Below are positions 27,819 through 39,807 of a stretch of 64,000 nt of DNA, piece after piece. The notes under the pieces were generated by a model. It was not told the origin of the DNA. It made no database searches and worked only from the letters and a program-made list of their open reading frames with translations. Position numbers and translations under genes: made by a program. Each line of letters begins with the position of its first letter. The first letter of the stretch is position 1. This DNA comes from Escherichia phage vB_EcoM-CHD94UKE2. The stretch lies in sequence record MZ234031.1. One strand, written 5' to 3'.

Positions 27819-29623
27819 TATGCAATCCTTATCCAACGGTATACAGTAATAGACGGTTGAATATTACTAATATTAGTAGGAGGAGTGTGTGAAGAGTTTG
27901 TTGTTGCGTAGTCTTCACGATATTTTGTATATATAGGACCAGTTTCGTCTGGGTCATATTGACATCCTCCAATAATAACTGATCCATTTTCGTCTTCAAT
28001 TAAAACTCTTTCATCAGTTTTAGTCGCAGGAAGATTTGCGTTTTCAAGCGTTACTGATGTTGTACCAACTGTTCCACCGGCAGTATGTGAAGGATTTCCG
28101 CTAGAATCTAAATCATTATTGTTTAAAGCAAAGTTTGGATCCGTAACATCATCATTCCATCCTACTAAAACTTGTCCTTTACCAAATAATTTCCATGAAC
28201 CAAATCCCATATAAGTCACCGGATTATTTGGGTTTATAGCATTTTCATAAATTGAACCAACAGGATAAATGCTGTCGAAAATAGATGATATTGAATTATA
28301 CGTTCTAGTATAAGAATCAACTTTTTCAACATTTGGCCAACCGATTTTATCAAAATCTGTTAAGGCTACATCCCCAGTAACTTCAGTAGATGATCCTTTA
28401 CTAACATAACGGTCATCAGTTAATTCAATAATGTCATCTTTTTCTAAAAGAGTTCCTAAATCATTATTAAACCATGTTATAACGATTATATCACCTGATT
28501 CAAATTTTCTATCAAATAAAAGACTGACAGGTTTTCCATCTTCATATTCTATAGAATAATCTGTGTTTGATTCTTTCCATTCGCCACCAAGAGATATACA
28601 TCCTTCTTGCGTATCTGAATTAGCGCCTTCGCACAAAAACAGAGGATACCCAGCTGTTCCAGCCTGTTGCTGTAAAATTCCATTAAAACGAACCTCAAGA
28701 GAATTAGGATTAATGGGTTCGCCAGGAATTAATCCAAAAGCTGAAAATGGAATTGATTTCATCGCCGATAAATCAGTAACATAAATGCTTCCTTCTAAAG
28801 AAGTCTTTGATGTTAGTTTTGAATCTAGCACTTTTATTTGGCGTCTTGTATATGAACTTCTCCATTGTGATACACCATCCATAAACGTTTCAATTTGAAC
28901 AGTGTCGCCAATATTACAAGGCTGTCTTAACCTAATATTAAATCCATCAAGAGGAATTAATTCTCCTTCATTTTCCCCCGGAGAGCCAAAGTCACTGTTT
29001 TCACTAAATACATCGCCGTAATATAATTCGTTACCGCGGTGTTTTACTCTGATGTTATTGACATTATAACTAGTTCCATGGAAAACATCTAAAAAGTCAG
29101 TTTGTCCTTGAACTTCTACTAAAAATTCTTTGCGAGCTACATTACTAATATCTGAACTAATAATTTTATCAATTTGTTTGTTTTTGACATATTCCCAACG
29201 TCCTGGAGCACAATAAACTAACTCTAAATCGCTAAATTGAACATTAATTTCAACTGATGACGATGATCCTTTAATAGTATCACCAGAAGCGGCTACTAGA
29301 GTAACTGGATTAACATTCCATGTTGCAAATACATCCCTAGCTTTAATTACTTTATTATAATCATTAACGGTTCCTTTAGGAAGTTGTAGAGTTACTCTTC
29401 CAGATGAAGTGTTAATAGCATATGATTTTCCCCATTCTGCTGTTAATGTTTGTCCTGATGAAGCATTATAAGTTTTCCAGGCACCGGCTGAATATGGAAC
29501 ATCTCCATCACCAAGCTCGTAATAAAGCTCATCAAAGTTTTCATTTATTTTTATACCACCTTTACGCAGGTAGTCACCGGTACCATCATCTACAACATTA
29601 CCGATATTAATATTTTGTTTCAT
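27818..29623 (-). CDS. 10: baseplate wedge protein gp10
   Basis: 601 aa; synteny. Confidence 0.9.
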   Translation of the reverse strand: MKQNINIGNVVDDGTGDYLRKGGIKINENFDELYYELGDGDVPYSAGAWKTYNASSGQTLTAEWGKSYAINTSSGRVTLQLPKGTVNDYNKVIKARDVFATWNVNPVTLVAASGDTIKGSSSSVEINVQFSDLELVYCAPGRWEYVKNKQIDKIISSDISNVARKEFLVEVQGQTDFLDVFHGTSYNVNNIRVKHRGNELYYGDVFSENSDFGSPGENEGELIPLDGFNIRLRQPCNIGDTVQIETFMDGVSQWRSSYTRRQIKVLDSKLTSKTSLEGSIYVTDLSAMKSIPFSAFGLIPGEPINPNSLEVRFNGILQQQAGTAGYPLFLCEGANSDTQEGCISLGGEWKESNTDYSIEYEDGKPVSLLFDRKFESGDIIVITWFNNDLGTLLEKDDIIELTDDRYVSKGSSTEVTGDVALTDFDKIGWPNVEKVDSYTRTYNSISSIFDSIYPVGSIYENAINPNNPVTYMGFGSWKLFGKGQVLVGWNDDVTDPNFALNNNDLDSSGNPSHTAGGTVGTTSVTLENANLPATKTDERVLIEDENGSVIIGGCQYDPDETGPIYTKYREDYATTNSSHTPPTNISNIQPSITVYRWIRIA

Positions 29624-30489
29624 TATTGAGCCACCCCGATTTTCTGCGTAGCGATAACTTTAACTGCTGCTCTCATACCGACAGTTGAAGAACTTATAGT
29701 CGCTGTTACATAATTTGTTTTAATACTAAATGCAATATTAGCGATTTCGTCTTCTTCAGTTTCATTCCCAACTCGCATGACAGCATATTCAGAAGAAATG
29801 ACTTCTGAATTAACAGCATCTACAAGAATATTTATTTCTGCCGTTTTAATTTTTCTTCCATCTACCGATTGGCACGTAACTAACAATTTAGCCATATTGT
29901 ATTCAGTGCGATGAAATAGTGGAATATCAACTGATCCGGATGTAGAAATATTCCATGTACCTTCAGCTGGTGATTCCTTTTGTCCAAACATACTTTCAAT
30001 AGAATAATTCCAAACCGATGTAGAATTATCAGATGAAATACAGCGTAAAGTTACTTTACTATATGGGCTAGTTACTACTAAATTACCTGAAACACCTTTA
30101 ATTGAATCAATAGCTTGAATTGTTAAAGGATTAGTAACTGATATTGATCCATTAGAGTTAATGAATTCAACACAATCGCCGAGTTCGCCTCTTTCAATAA
30201 TAACTTTAACACCTACAGTAGAGGTATCAATATCATGTCTAGTGCCAACTTTCACTGGAGTTGCGTACTCTGTAATAGAGTGTTTTTGATAATACCCAGT
30301 AGCATGGATAATTTGACCATCTGCTCCAGTGCCATTTGCTACTGCCATTTTACGCTGATCGCCAAACGCATTATAAATTGCGTTAAAATCACTATTAATT
30401 TTATTACCACCGTCGAATAAGATATCACCAGTAGAAGCGTTACCAATTTCGCCGGTATCAATCAATTTCTTTGGTTCTTGAATGAACAT
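29623..30489 (-). CDS. 9: baseplate wedge / long tail fiber socket protein gp9
   Basis: 288 aa; T4 gp9 288 aa. Confidence 0.9.
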   Translation of the reverse strand: MFIQEPKKLIDTGEIGNASTGDILFDGGNKINSDFNAIYNAFGDQRKMAVANGTGADGQIIHATGYYQKHSITEYATPVKVGTRHDIDTSTVGVKVIIERGELGDCVEFINSNGSISVTNPLTIQAIDSIKGVSGNLVVTSPYSKVTLRCISSDNSTSVWNYSIESMFGQKESPAEGTWNISTSGSVDIPLFHRTEYNMAKLLVTCQSVDGRKIKTAEINILVDAVNSEVISSEYAVMRVGNETEEDEIANIAFSIKTNYVTATISSSTVGMRAAVKVIATQKIGVAQ

Positions 30490-30513
30490 AGCGGTTTCCT
30501 TATGAGTTTATAG

Positions 30514-30521
30514 TATTTATA
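30514..30521 (-). promoter_or_regulatory. late promoter for gene 9
   Basis: rc TATAAATA 25 nt upstream of gene 9 ATG, abutting gene 8 terminator palindrome. Confidence 0.65.
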
Positions 30522-30527
30522 AAGAAA

Positions 30528-30549
30528 AAGGGAGCCCATGGGCTCCCTT
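30528..30549 (-). terminator. terminator-like 18-nt perfect palindrome after gene 8
   Basis: GGGAGCCCATGGGCTCCC followed on minus strand by T-rich tract. Confidence 0.55.
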
Positions 30550-30552
30550 AAT

Positions 30553-31557
30553 TTAAAATGTAAACAGAATATTGATTTCTTCTGTTTGATCCATTGCCAT
30601 AATAATAGGTGGCCTATTTTCCATATAAATCATTTCGCCCGAATGCCTCATTAAATCTTCTGGGTCATAATAATCCTTTTCAGCTTTAACGTTTGGGTCA
30701 TTTGGATGAGCTTTAGCTTCAAGAGGATTCGTGATTATTGATATTTGTCTAAATCCTTTATTTCCTGGCAATGCAGCATCAGGAAAATAAACTGAATCTA
30801 AATATGCTTTAAAACGGATAGTATTTGCCTTAACCCGGTAAATTAATCCAAAATCATCTTGTTGCCAAGTGAGATTATCTTCATATCCCCATCTAGTCGG
30901 GTCTTCTTTTAATTCCTCAGGCCAAGGAACCACAATATATTCATTCGTGCATCTATTTATAGATACATCGGGTGGAATCTCAAAAAGATATTCCCATACA
31001 TACCCGTCTCCAGGTTCGATTGTTCCTTCCGCGTCTCCTCGACCTTCAGGAGGAGTCATTGACCTAACAGAAGGAGTCCATTTTCCACCTAACTTAAGGC
31101 ATTCATCCTTATTAGTTAAAGACTCAATTGAACACATTCCGGTATCAGGAACATCTAAACAACGATATACTAACCAGCCTGCGCCTGATTCAGTAGCGTT
31201 GTAAGGAGCTGAGTTACACACTACAATATCGTTAATTCTAAATGTATACGGATCCGGATATCTAGTATCTCCCCAATCTCGACGAGGAATAACTGCATCA
31301 AGCATAGATGGAAGAACCTTCACGGTTCCCATCATATGAGTCCACATGTCAGTTACACCTAACACAGAATCGGTGGGATAAGGTGGGGCAAATCCCACCT
31401 CATTTTCGTTTGATGACCACGGTTCTGATCTTCCAAATGTAATAAAGATAGTGTTTTTATCCGGACCACTTCCAATTGAATTATAAAAATTCAACATTTT
31501 TTCTGTTCTAAATTTTGAAGTAACTATCGCACGATAGATAACACTTGAATCATTCAT
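30553..31557 (-). CDS. 8: baseplate wedge protein gp8
   Basis: 334 aa; T4 gp8 334 aa. Confidence 0.9.
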   Translation of the reverse strand: MNDSSVIYRAIVTSKFRTEKMLNFYNSIGSGPDKNTIFITFGRSEPWSSNENEVGFAPPYPTDSVLGVTDMWTHMMGTVKVLPSMLDAVIPRRDWGDTRYPDPYTFRINDIVVCNSAPYNATESGAGWLVYRCLDVPDTGMCSIESLTNKDECLKLGGKWTPSVRSMTPPEGRGDAEGTIEPGDGYVWEYLFEIPPDVSINRCTNEYIVVPWPEELKEDPTRWGYEDNLTWQQDDFGLIYRVKANTIRFKAYLDSVYFPDAALPGNKGFRQISIITNPLEAKAHPNDPNVKAEKDYYDPEDLMRHSGEMIYMENRPPIIMAMDQTEEINILFTF

Positions 31558-34500
31558 CTATTTTAACCTGTGTTGGATTTTCAGGGTCTCTTGGATTTCC
31601 TATATTATCTTTTAAACGTTTATTAACTAAATCCCTAAATTGCGCAAATGTTGTTCCAGATGCATCAAATAGAGGACTCATTAACTTGCGTCGTTCAGAA
31701 GGCAATCGACCTTGAAATATTGAATTATTATTTTCAGCATTATAGTCGTCAGGAAGAGGATATTCTACACCAGCCATTGGGCCAGGTTCATAAATTGCTT
31801 CGCCTGTTACTGAGTCATGCTCAATTTCACCGATTGGAGTTAATTTAGCTACTCGATCAGCATATTCAGTAGGCAATCCAGAATCCCATTTATAGTTTTT
31901 GTATTTATTAATTATAGTCTCTGTATGTTTAAGAGTTAAACCGACATTAATAAACATTGTTAAAAGAGTAATTGCTATAAATCCAAATCCTACTGGATGA
32001 ACAAAACGAATAACGTCAGATTTCCAGCGGGAAGAAGGTAAATTGGATTTAATTTTCATTACATAATATGATCTACTTCTATTAATATAGTCTATATTAT
32101 TTTGAAGCAAATCCTTTCCTTTAACCCCGCGAATAATTTCGCCTTCGAAACTAGGGAGTCTTTCTGCTTTAACTTCTTGACCAGCAATTAATCTTCCCAA
32201 AAGATTATGAATAGTTACGGTCCATTGCAATTTACCATTAGAATAACTTCTTTCTATATAAGTAACATTACATCTTCCTGTTGCCGTATAAATCGTTTGT
32301 CCTACTAAATCTTCAGTCAAAGAATCAGATTGAACGATTATGTCATATTCAGTACCGGCCCCAGATTCAATTTCAATTTCAACTTCTTCATTATAAAGAA
32401 CTTTAAAAAGAAACTTGTATGATGCTTCAATTCCTTTAGTAGAATAAAAATCATAGCTACGTGATTCAAAGAATCTCGCAACAGCATCACGTTTATCAGC
32501 ATTTAAATAAATGTTTCTTTTATATATCTCTGACCACAAATATTCCCACGCATGCTCTTCTCGTGGATATTGGTTACGAATTAAATTTCGTAAATTGTTA
32601 TACTGAGTTCCATATCCATCAGAAAGATACTGAATATATGCTTCGCAAAATGCCTCAAAATTCGAATCCTGCAACAAATAAGAATCAGGCATCATTGTGC
32701 CAATTAATGGTCTTAAATCAGGATCAGCTAATCCATGCTCTTCTTCTGGTGACCAAGGAGTCTCATGCTCTTGGTTTTGTAAAAATGCTTTTAAAAATAC
32801 TCCAGTCGGCTTCCAAATAATTTCTACTGTATCTCTCACACGATAGTTAAAATCATAGTAAGAAATTATTTCACCAGAAGATTTATAAAAAAGCATCCCA
32901 GACGCATATTTTTTAAATCCCGTGAATTTAACATTTGGCATTACTATCGTACAATCACCATCATCCCAGTATTCATGAACTAATCTATCTGGTGATGTTT
33001 CCGGAATATTTTCTATAACTTTAGTGTATTTTAAATCAGCATAAACTACTACAGCTCTATTAGAGTTGTTTATCCAACAGCGTGTGTTAGATTTTTTAGA
33101 CCAATTAAAGAACGGTTCTGCGTAGTATTTCATTGGTTGAGGAGTAAAAGTCTCCCAATCAGATTTTTCATCCGCTATAAATGCCATCATATGATAATGC
33201 TTATCAGCTAACCATTCACGGGGAAATTCATATTTAACAGCACCGATTAACTGATATTTCACCATAGTTTCAGGGTCATTAACAACATTATCACTTAAAA
33301 ATTTAAAATTACTCGAAGACAGAGAAACTAATTTACCGTCAGTTGACATGTTTGCGTATCCAGGTTGAATACGTCTTCTTTCTTCTTCGGTATTACCGAA
33401 AACTCTTTTCCATGTTTTTTCGTCATGATTTAAAACATATATTCCTTTATCAGCAGAATCAATTATTTTTGAAGTTCTCGGATTGGCATTTAATGTTTCA
33501 ACTTCACCAATAATAAGAGCAAAAACTTTATCACCGATAGAATCCATTTTATAGCATACTGCTTTAGGATTTCCAGTTATAGTCATTGTATCAGGTTCAA
33601 AAAGTCTTTCCGAGTATGTTGGTGATAACGGGTCAGAATCTATAGGTGCATTACTCGTTTTTATATATCTAACTTTATCTCTGGCAACAACATAGATATA
33701 ATCATCCGTACAAGTAATGGCTTCAGCTATACGATATACATTCGCTGGTAAAGTCGCATAAGTACCAAAGATTTCTACATCAAATCCTAAATGTAACTGG
33801 TCGCCAAGTTTAGCAAATGTTATATCCTGCGAACTGAATCTGACATCATCTGCTGACCATCTAACGTCAGTCGATTTACGGCCATAGAAAATCTTGTCGT
33901 ATCCTAGAACGTATGTTGTGTTCGCAGATTGGTAATATACTGTCTTAGATAAAGGATATCCTACACGGTCATTGAAGAGCTTCACAGCTTTCCAGGTTTG
34001 TCCTTTATCATTAGATACTTTAACCACGGGTTGATAACGCTCAAAAAGATATAGAATCCCTTCTGATTCCATCAAATAAACTCGGTTAATATCCTTACAT
34101 ACTTGCTGAATGGAACCTTGTATTTCATGATACTCATTTTCACCAATAATAAAATTACTGATTGATGAAACATCAACATATGATGGGCTGAATTGGAACG
34201 ATTCATTCATCAATGCAGCTATTATAGTGTCATTATTAAAATTGACATAATTAGAATTGTTAAGAGTAAATTTTTCCTGAATGAATTTATTGGCTAATTG
34301 CATTTCAATCATGTTTTGAAATGTGTAAGCATTTGTAGCAAAAGTTTCAAACTCTTCGGTATAAATCCAATCAGATTGCTCAAAATCTTGTGCAGCTGTA
34401 GCTACTCTGATAATGTATGATGTTAGTGGATCAGCATCATCAAAAAAGAAACTATTGTTTGCTGTATATCCTAAATTAATCCAACGATATTGATCACTCG

Positions 34501-34648
34501 GGAGATTTTCCCCCGAGTCTGTTTTTGTCTCAGCGATTTCTACAAAATAGTAGAAATTAGCACCAACGTCATCCCAGCGTACTTGCACCTGATTTGCGGA
34601 TAACTTGGAAATTCTGAGACTAGTGACTGAAGGTGCTTTTACTGTCAT
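31550..34648 (-). CDS. 7: baseplate wedge initiator gp7
   Basis: 1032 aa; T4 gp7 1032 aa. Confidence 0.95.
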   Translation of the reverse strand: MTVKAPSVTSLRISKLSANQVQVRWDDVGANFYYFVEIAETKTDSGENLPSDQYRWINLGYTANNSFFFDDADPLTSYIIRVATAAQDFEQSDWIYTEEFETFATNAYTFQNMIEMQLANKFIQEKFTLNNSNYVNFNNDTIIAALMNESFQFSPSYVDVSSISNFIIGENEYHEIQGSIQQVCKDINRVYLMESEGILYLFERYQPVVKVSNDKGQTWKAVKLFNDRVGYPLSKTVYYQSANTTYVLGYDKIFYGRKSTDVRWSADDVRFSSQDITFAKLGDQLHLGFDVEIFGTYATLPANVYRIAEAITCTDDYIYVVARDKVRYIKTSNAPIDSDPLSPTYSERLFEPDTMTITGNPKAVCYKMDSIGDKVFALIIGEVETLNANPRTSKIIDSADKGIYVLNHDEKTWKRVFGNTEEERRRIQPGYANMSTDGKLVSLSSSNFKFLSDNVVNDPETMVKYQLIGAVKYEFPREWLADKHYHMMAFIADEKSDWETFTPQPMKYYAEPFFNWSKKSNTRCWINNSNRAVVVYADLKYTKVIENIPETSPDRLVHEYWDDGDCTIVMPNVKFTGFKKYASGMLFYKSSGEIISYYDFNYRVRDTVEIIWKPTGVFLKAFLQNQEHETPWSPEEEHGLADPDLRPLIGTMMPDSYLLQDSNFEAFCEAYIQYLSDGYGTQYNNLRNLIRNQYPREEHAWEYLWSEIYKRNIYLNADKRDAVARFFESRSYDFYSTKGIEASYKFLFKVLYNEEVEIEIESGAGTEYDIIVQSDSLTEDLVGQTIYTATGRCNVTYIERSYSNGKLQWTVTIHNLLGRLIAGQEVKAERLPSFEGEIIRGVKGKDLLQNNIDYINRSRSYYVMKIKSNLPSSRWKSDVIRFVHPVGFGFIAITLLTMFINVGLTLKHTETIINKYKNYKWDSGLPTEYADRVAKLTPIGEIEHDSVTGEAIYEPGPMAGVEYPLPDDYNAENNNSIFQGRLPSERRKLMSPLFDASGTTFAQFRDLVNKRLKDNIGNPRDPENPTQVKIDE

Positions 34649-36627
34649 TGTGATATAGGCTCCAAATCGATAGTTAAGTATTGCGGACGTAAATCATTTT
34701 CAAATACAATCAGTGAACCATCACGGGTAAAGATAACATCATCGGTTGGGTCAGAATATAATTCAATAGTCTGAACCTCAAATTTTTCAGATGTTAAATT
34801 AATTTTAGCGATATTCCAATAAATCATGTCAGCCGGATAATTTATTTCACCGATAACATAGTATTTGTCGCGTCCATCAGAATTTGCTAATTTATTAAAA
34901 TCATTGCCTGTATATGGCTGAATGTTTTCATTTTCTGTAACATCGCCAGAAGCAAATGGACCAATAATAACTTTACCAATTCCTTTAGAATCTCGGTCTG
35001 TTGATACTATACGAACATCATATAATACATCTTCTTCTAAACCAGTATCAGGATTTACAACCTTTCGTCCAGAATTAAATGAAAACGTATTAGATTCCAT
35101 AGAACGATCTTTTATTTGATTATTGTATTTAATACCTGCTTCAGGCGTTTTATAGAAGTTTTGTACTTCACGAACAATTTGAATTGTCGCTGATGAGCCA
35201 ATGATAGAATGATCTGCATCATCTACATATGTCAACATCTTAGATTTAGCGAAAGATGAATTAAAAATTTCTACGTCTTCGGTATAATAACGATCAATTT
35301 TATCAATTATTTGACCTTCGAGCCACTGTTCGGATTCTTGCAGCTTATTTAAAGCATATGTGACTTTTAAATTAGTCTTAATAAAAAGATAATTAGGAGA
35401 AATAATTGATGGCGTAATAGGAGCTAAATTATAGTCTTTGAGATAATTTTTAATATCTTCGCGCTGTACAGTAGTTAAATACAGACCTGATTTAGGTTTA
35501 GCAGCAATAAATGCATAACCAGGTTTAGTAGAATCAGTGAAAGTCTGAACTGCTTGAATAATAGAACCAAATCTCTCTGAAACGAATGTATCATAGTCAG
35601 TCGCAGTTACGCAGCGTTGCTGGGTTTCGCGTTTAATAGTACCCAATTCGCGAATACGCTCAATATCTTCTGGATCACCGCCGCCATCTGCCCCAACAAA
35701 ATCTGGGTCACCGTTTGGATTTTCATTAATATTGATGACAGTTATATTTGTTAATGTATCTGCGTATGAAAATCCGACTGCTCCGTTCGCGTCAGCACCA
35801 TTAGTACTGATGTACTCAATAACAATCGTAGAGTTCTGGGTAGGTTTAAGACCTCCAATATAGTTAGCAGTTAGAGCTCCTTCAGAAGCATTAACGGAAA
35901 TTTCACCTTCGCCAAAATAGAATTCAGTGTTTCCATCAATAGTTTCACGCATGTAGTAAATTGTTGATGTAGAACCAGCATGAACCATTGACTTTCTTGT
36001 CCAGTTAATCCATTCCGCTCCATCAACGTATAATTTAACCTGGTTTCTATCAATATTTTTATCATAAATGATAATAGGTGTTAATTTATCATAAATGATT
36101 TCAGTTCTTACTATACGTCCCTGAGCCAATTTTAAACGCGGAAAATATTGGTTATTTTTATCACGAATAGCAATAACATCTTCGGTAGATACAAAGTTAT
36201 ATGGATTAACAGAAGTATCTTTTGCATATGCTAAAAAGCGAGTTCCGCGAGGAATTGTAATGTAATTCCTATTCAATGCGTCGGTGCATGTTAACATAAT
36301 TTCGGTCTGCGCAGCGGATTTTGAAGTAGGTAAATATCCGTTATCTTGTGCAGCTTGAACAACTGAACTTCGTAAGTTAGCAGTACGCATAAAGCTTTCA
36401 TACACAGCAGCATTACCAAACTGCTGAATGTACAATGTATTATAAGCCAAAAGGTCACACAGAACGTTTAATCTTGAGCCTTCAAAATCATAATCCAAAA
36501 ATTCATTTTGGCCATTAAGCCATTCAATGAGGTTTTGTTTTATTTCAGCAAACGTACCCCCGACGAATATCTCGGGAATAGCATTTGCTGTTCTTGTTAA
36601 TTGATAATTTACAGGGGTATTTGCCAT
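34645..36627 (-). CDS. 6: baseplate wedge protein gp6
   Basis: 660 aa; T4 gp6 660 aa. Confidence 0.95.
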   Translation of the reverse strand: MANTPVNYQLTRTANAIPEIFVGGTFAEIKQNLIEWLNGQNEFLDYDFEGSRLNVLCDLLAYNTLYIQQFGNAAVYESFMRTANLRSSVVQAAQDNGYLPTSKSAAQTEIMLTCTDALNRNYITIPRGTRFLAYAKDTSVNPYNFVSTEDVIAIRDKNNQYFPRLKLAQGRIVRTEIIYDKLTPIIIYDKNIDRNQVKLYVDGAEWINWTRKSMVHAGSTSTIYYMRETIDGNTEFYFGEGEISVNASEGALTANYIGGLKPTQNSTIVIEYISTNGADANGAVGFSYADTLTNITVININENPNGDPDFVGADGGGDPEDIERIRELGTIKRETQQRCVTATDYDTFVSERFGSIIQAVQTFTDSTKPGYAFIAAKPKSGLYLTTVQREDIKNYLKDYNLAPITPSIISPNYLFIKTNLKVTYALNKLQESEQWLEGQIIDKIDRYYTEDVEIFNSSFAKSKMLTYVDDADHSIIGSSATIQIVREVQNFYKTPEAGIKYNNQIKDRSMESNTFSFNSGRKVVNPDTGLEEDVLYDVRIVSTDRDSKGIGKVIIGPFASGDVTENENIQPYTGNDFNKLANSDGRDKYYVIGEINYPADMIYWNIAKINLTSEKFEVQTIELYSDPTDDVIFTRDGSLIVFENDLRPQYLTIDLEPISQ

Positions 36628-36635
36628 TTTAAATC

Positions 36636-36929
36636 CTATTTAATGAATACTTTAGATGATGCCTGAGCCACAGTATCACCGCATGATATTGGATCAGCCA
36701 TTTGAACAGCTTTCTTTCCAGTGACATATACCTTAGAAGTTCTGGGTTGTGTCACTCCGCCATGTGTTTCATATGGCTTTTTAATTTCTGTATGTTCTGT
36801 AATTGGATCACCTGCTACGAGAACAGCAATTCCTCCAGTGAATACTTTACTTTGTGTGGCATTCACAACTGTTGGAGGCCATGCTTCATGGCCAGCAGTA
36901 ACACACTTATCATAACTTAATCCTGACAT
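36636..36929 (-). CDS. 5.4: baseplate spike tip protein gp5.4 (PAAR-like)
   Basis: 97 aa, Gly/Val-rich; T4 gp5.4 97 aa. Confidence 0.85.
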
Positions 36930-37484
36930 CTATGACCTCTCATACACATAGCTTCTTAATTTATTAGCCCAACGACTCCAATTTCCAACTATAGTTTTTG
37001 TGTAATTTTTAACTAGAGTTTTTCTTACTGGAGCAGGAGGATCCGTCGGTTCAGTAGTATCAGAGGATGACCTAGAATTACTGCCAGAACCTCCAGATTC
37101 ACTTTGTTCTTGGTAGTCATATATTAATGTTACTTCGTAAGTGAATGTCTTCTGGAGGTTTTGAGGAGCTTTCCATAAATACAACTGAGTATCAGAATCA
37201 GTAGGAAGTTCTTCCCATGAAGCAGCAGTTTTAAATTCATCGCCTAAACGATATTTCAACGCGTCATTTCCAAATCCAAACACAGATTCATATGTTCCGT
37301 ATAAGCGATTTTCTTCTACTAAAACCCCAGGAGTTTCTTCGTAACTAGTTATATTTATAGATACTAACGTTTCACCTGTTTCTAATTGAGCGGTAAAGGT
37401 GACGTCGATAGAAGAACCTTCCATGGATTCTCCTAAATCAGCGCTCATTGGAAGTATATTAGCCAATGTCAATCCTCGATCCAT
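36930..37484 (-). CDS. 5.1: gp5.1-like hypothetical protein
   Basis: track start is TTG (37487); adjacent ATG at 37482-37484; about 184 aa; overlaps 3' end of gene 5. Confidence 0.7.
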
Positions 37485-39186
37485 CAATTGTGTATTGACC
37501 AGATGAAATAGAACTCATAGATGCCATTTTTTCTGTCCAATCACCACCAACGTCCCAATCAACTGTCCCAGCAACTTTCCAAGAAAGATTTCCATTTACT
37601 GTGTTAGTTTGATTTCCTTCAACTAAAGTGGTAGCATCTCCTTTAACTGTAATGTCAGCATTACCTTCAACTACAATAGTAACATTACCTTTAACTAGGA
37701 TAGTTCCATTGCCTTCAACTGTCTTAGTTTCATCGCCACGTACAAATATTGTATTGCTTCCATCTATTTGGTGAAGACGATTATCCATGTTGTAATAAAT
37801 TTCTGATCCACCGACGTTAGTCTTTTTATCACCGGCTACCAAAAAATTACCATCAGCGTTGGTTATATCATACAAATTATCGACAGTTTTTCTTGTTCTT
37901 CTTCCTGACGGTGATACTTCTTCATAAGTTCCAGTCGGATGAACTAATCTGTATCGTTCTTGCCCAGGAGTATCATCAAATTCCTGAATATGTCCGCTTT
38001 CAGTTTCCATTGTATGCACATAAGGATATTCACCTTTATATGAAGAAACTGGTTCTTTGAATAAAATTCTCGAGTCATTTGGAATAGGAGGGTCAGCCGG
38101 GTCAGAAGATTTAGCTACAGTAGCAGCCATTGCTGATAGAGACCTAGCTGGGGTTTTCACTTCAACACCATATGATTCCAAATTCCCCGTAAGAATAATC
38201 ATGGTAACACGGGATGCACGGCCTTTTGTTTGTTGATACCACAATGAATCACGACCGGCTTTATATGCTTTTTCCCAATCTCCGGCTAACATAGCAGTTA
38301 ACATTGTGTTAAATTTAGCTACACCGCCAACACCCATTTGAAATGCCATATTTTCTAACGCCATTTGACGAGAACGGTTGACAGCTTGCCAGACTGGTCC
38401 TACTTTAGAATGTGATTTAATGTCCCGTTGCATATCAGCCAAATCACGTTCAAATAAAGTCGTCGCCTCTTCCATCGTAATAGAACCTGGGTTTCCAGTA
38501 ATTTCACGACCAACTTGTTTTGATAAAACTTTATTAATTTGAGCCATATCACGAACTGGCTGCTTCATGATAAGATGACCAATACCAATTGTCGGATATC
38601 CTTCAGTATCCCAATAAACTTTTAGTCTTAATCCTTCATCACGGCGAAGCATGTCAGCCATTGACATATTTGGATTATCATCGGTTGGAATCTCTGATAG
38701 TGGTCTATCATCGGGATTTATTGCAGTGTCTAAGTTACTATCTTGGATAATGTTAGAAGACGAATCATATCCTACTTCTCCGCCTTGGTTTAATACATTA
38801 GTATCATTTCCTAAACGTCTAGGATATTGCCCAGTTGGGTCAGAAAATCCTTCAAGTCTATTCGGTTTTTCGCGAACTATTCCACCATACGTGCCAAGGA
38901 CAATTCCGTTAGTTTTCCATTTGTCTAAAAAATGACCATAAACTCTAGTTCCTTCTACCGGTCCAGTAACAGAACCTCCAATTCCAGACATTGCTGCAGA
39001 AGTTATAGGTTGAATAACTGACATCCATGGTAATTTTTCAGTTGGAATACCCATTACATCGCCTTGTGCTCTTTGAGGTGGATGCAGACCAACCACACGA
39101 ACACGAACACGACCTAATTTTAATGGGTCCATTCTATCTTCAACAACACCAACAAACCAATTAAGGTTATTACTTATCATTTCCAT
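37459..39186 (-). CDS. 5: baseplate central spike with tail lysozyme domain gp5
   Basis: 575 aa; T4-lysozyme-like motif (RLKVYWDTEGYPTIGIGHL) plus C-terminal beta-helix repeats (VxGxxxxxV). Confidence 0.97.
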   Translation of the reverse strand: MEMISNNLNWFVGVVEDRMDPLKLGRVRVRVVGLHPPQRAQGDVMGIPTEKLPWMSVIQPITSAAMSGIGGSVTGPVEGTRVYGHFLDKWKTNGIVLGTYGGIVREKPNRLEGFSDPTGQYPRRLGNDTNVLNQGGEVGYDSSSNIIQDSNLDTAINPDDRPLSEIPTDDNPNMSMADMLRRDEGLRLKVYWDTEGYPTIGIGHLIMKQPVRDMAQINKVLSKQVGREITGNPGSITMEEATTLFERDLADMQRDIKSHSKVGPVWQAVNRSRQMALENMAFQMGVGGVAKFNTMLTAMLAGDWEKAYKAGRDSLWYQQTKGRASRVTMIILTGNLESYGVEVKTPARSLSAMAATVAKSSDPADPPIPNDSRILFKEPVSSYKGEYPYVHTMETESGHIQEFDDTPGQERYRLVHPTGTYEEVSPSGRRTRKTVDNLYDITNADGNFLVAGDKKTNVGGSEIYYNMDNRLHQIDGSNTIFVRGDETKTVEGNGTILVKGNVTIVVEGNADITVKGDATTLVEGNQTNTVNGNLSWKVAGTVDWDVGGDWTEKMASMSSISSGQYTIDGSRIDIG

Positions 39187-39760
39187 AAGATTTCTCCATT
39201 ATACGTATAAGGTCGTTCATAAATGAATTAATGTCTGATTTTGCTATTATTTTTATTTGACGAAGTTTTTCATTTTCAAGAACAGCATCTTCATACGTAT
39301 TAACAGCAGCAAGTGCTCCTTCATATTGAGGATATTTTCTAGCTTTATCACCTTTATCATACCAAACATATGGATTATCATCGTATGATATTAAATTATA
39401 AAATTTTTCACCGTTCTCATTCACATGATATACTATTTGGTCTCCACCTACATTTTTGTATTTTTGTATAGATGCTTGATAAGCTGCTTCTTGTGAAGTA
39501 ATCCATCCATAATACGGGTCATAATTATCATTACACATCAATAAAACCCAATACAACTGTGGATTTCCATATATAGTATTTGCTAATTCTTCCGGGCGTG
39601 GTGAACCTTTGATATAATAAGTACGTAAGCGGTATCCCGCAAGAGCGCGTTTAAAATAGTCTTTATAGTTTCTAAAAATATCTGTCATAGGAATAGTCGG
39701 CGCGTTTTTATTCACCGTTTTGGCCGCATATTCAATCGGATCAAAAAATGTAAAGAGCAT
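39170..39760 (-). CDS. 53: baseplate wedge protein gp53
   Basis: 196 aa; first gene of the late baseplate operon; T4 gp53 196 aa. Confidence 0.9.
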   Translation of the reverse strand: MLFTFFDPIEYAAKTVNKNAPTIPMTDIFRNYKDYFKRALAGYRLRTYYIKGSPRPEELANTIYGNPQLYWVLLMCNDNYDPYYGWITSQEAAYQASIQKYKNVGGDQIVYHVNENGEKFYNLISYDDNPYVWYDKGDKARKYPQYEGALAAVNTYEDAVLENEKLRQIKIIAKSDINSFMNDLIRIMEKSYGNDK

Positions 39761-39773
39761 GGGCCCTCCTGTT

Positions 39774-39796
39774 TATAAATATATTATCTATTTATA
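39774..39796. promoter_or_regulatory. divergent late promoters for gene 4 (plus, 39774-39781) and gene 53 (minus, 39789-39796)
   Basis: TATAAATA on plus strand and TATTTATA (rc TATAAATA) 8 nt apart. Confidence 0.7.
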
Positions 39797-39807
39797 AGGA
39801 GAATCCA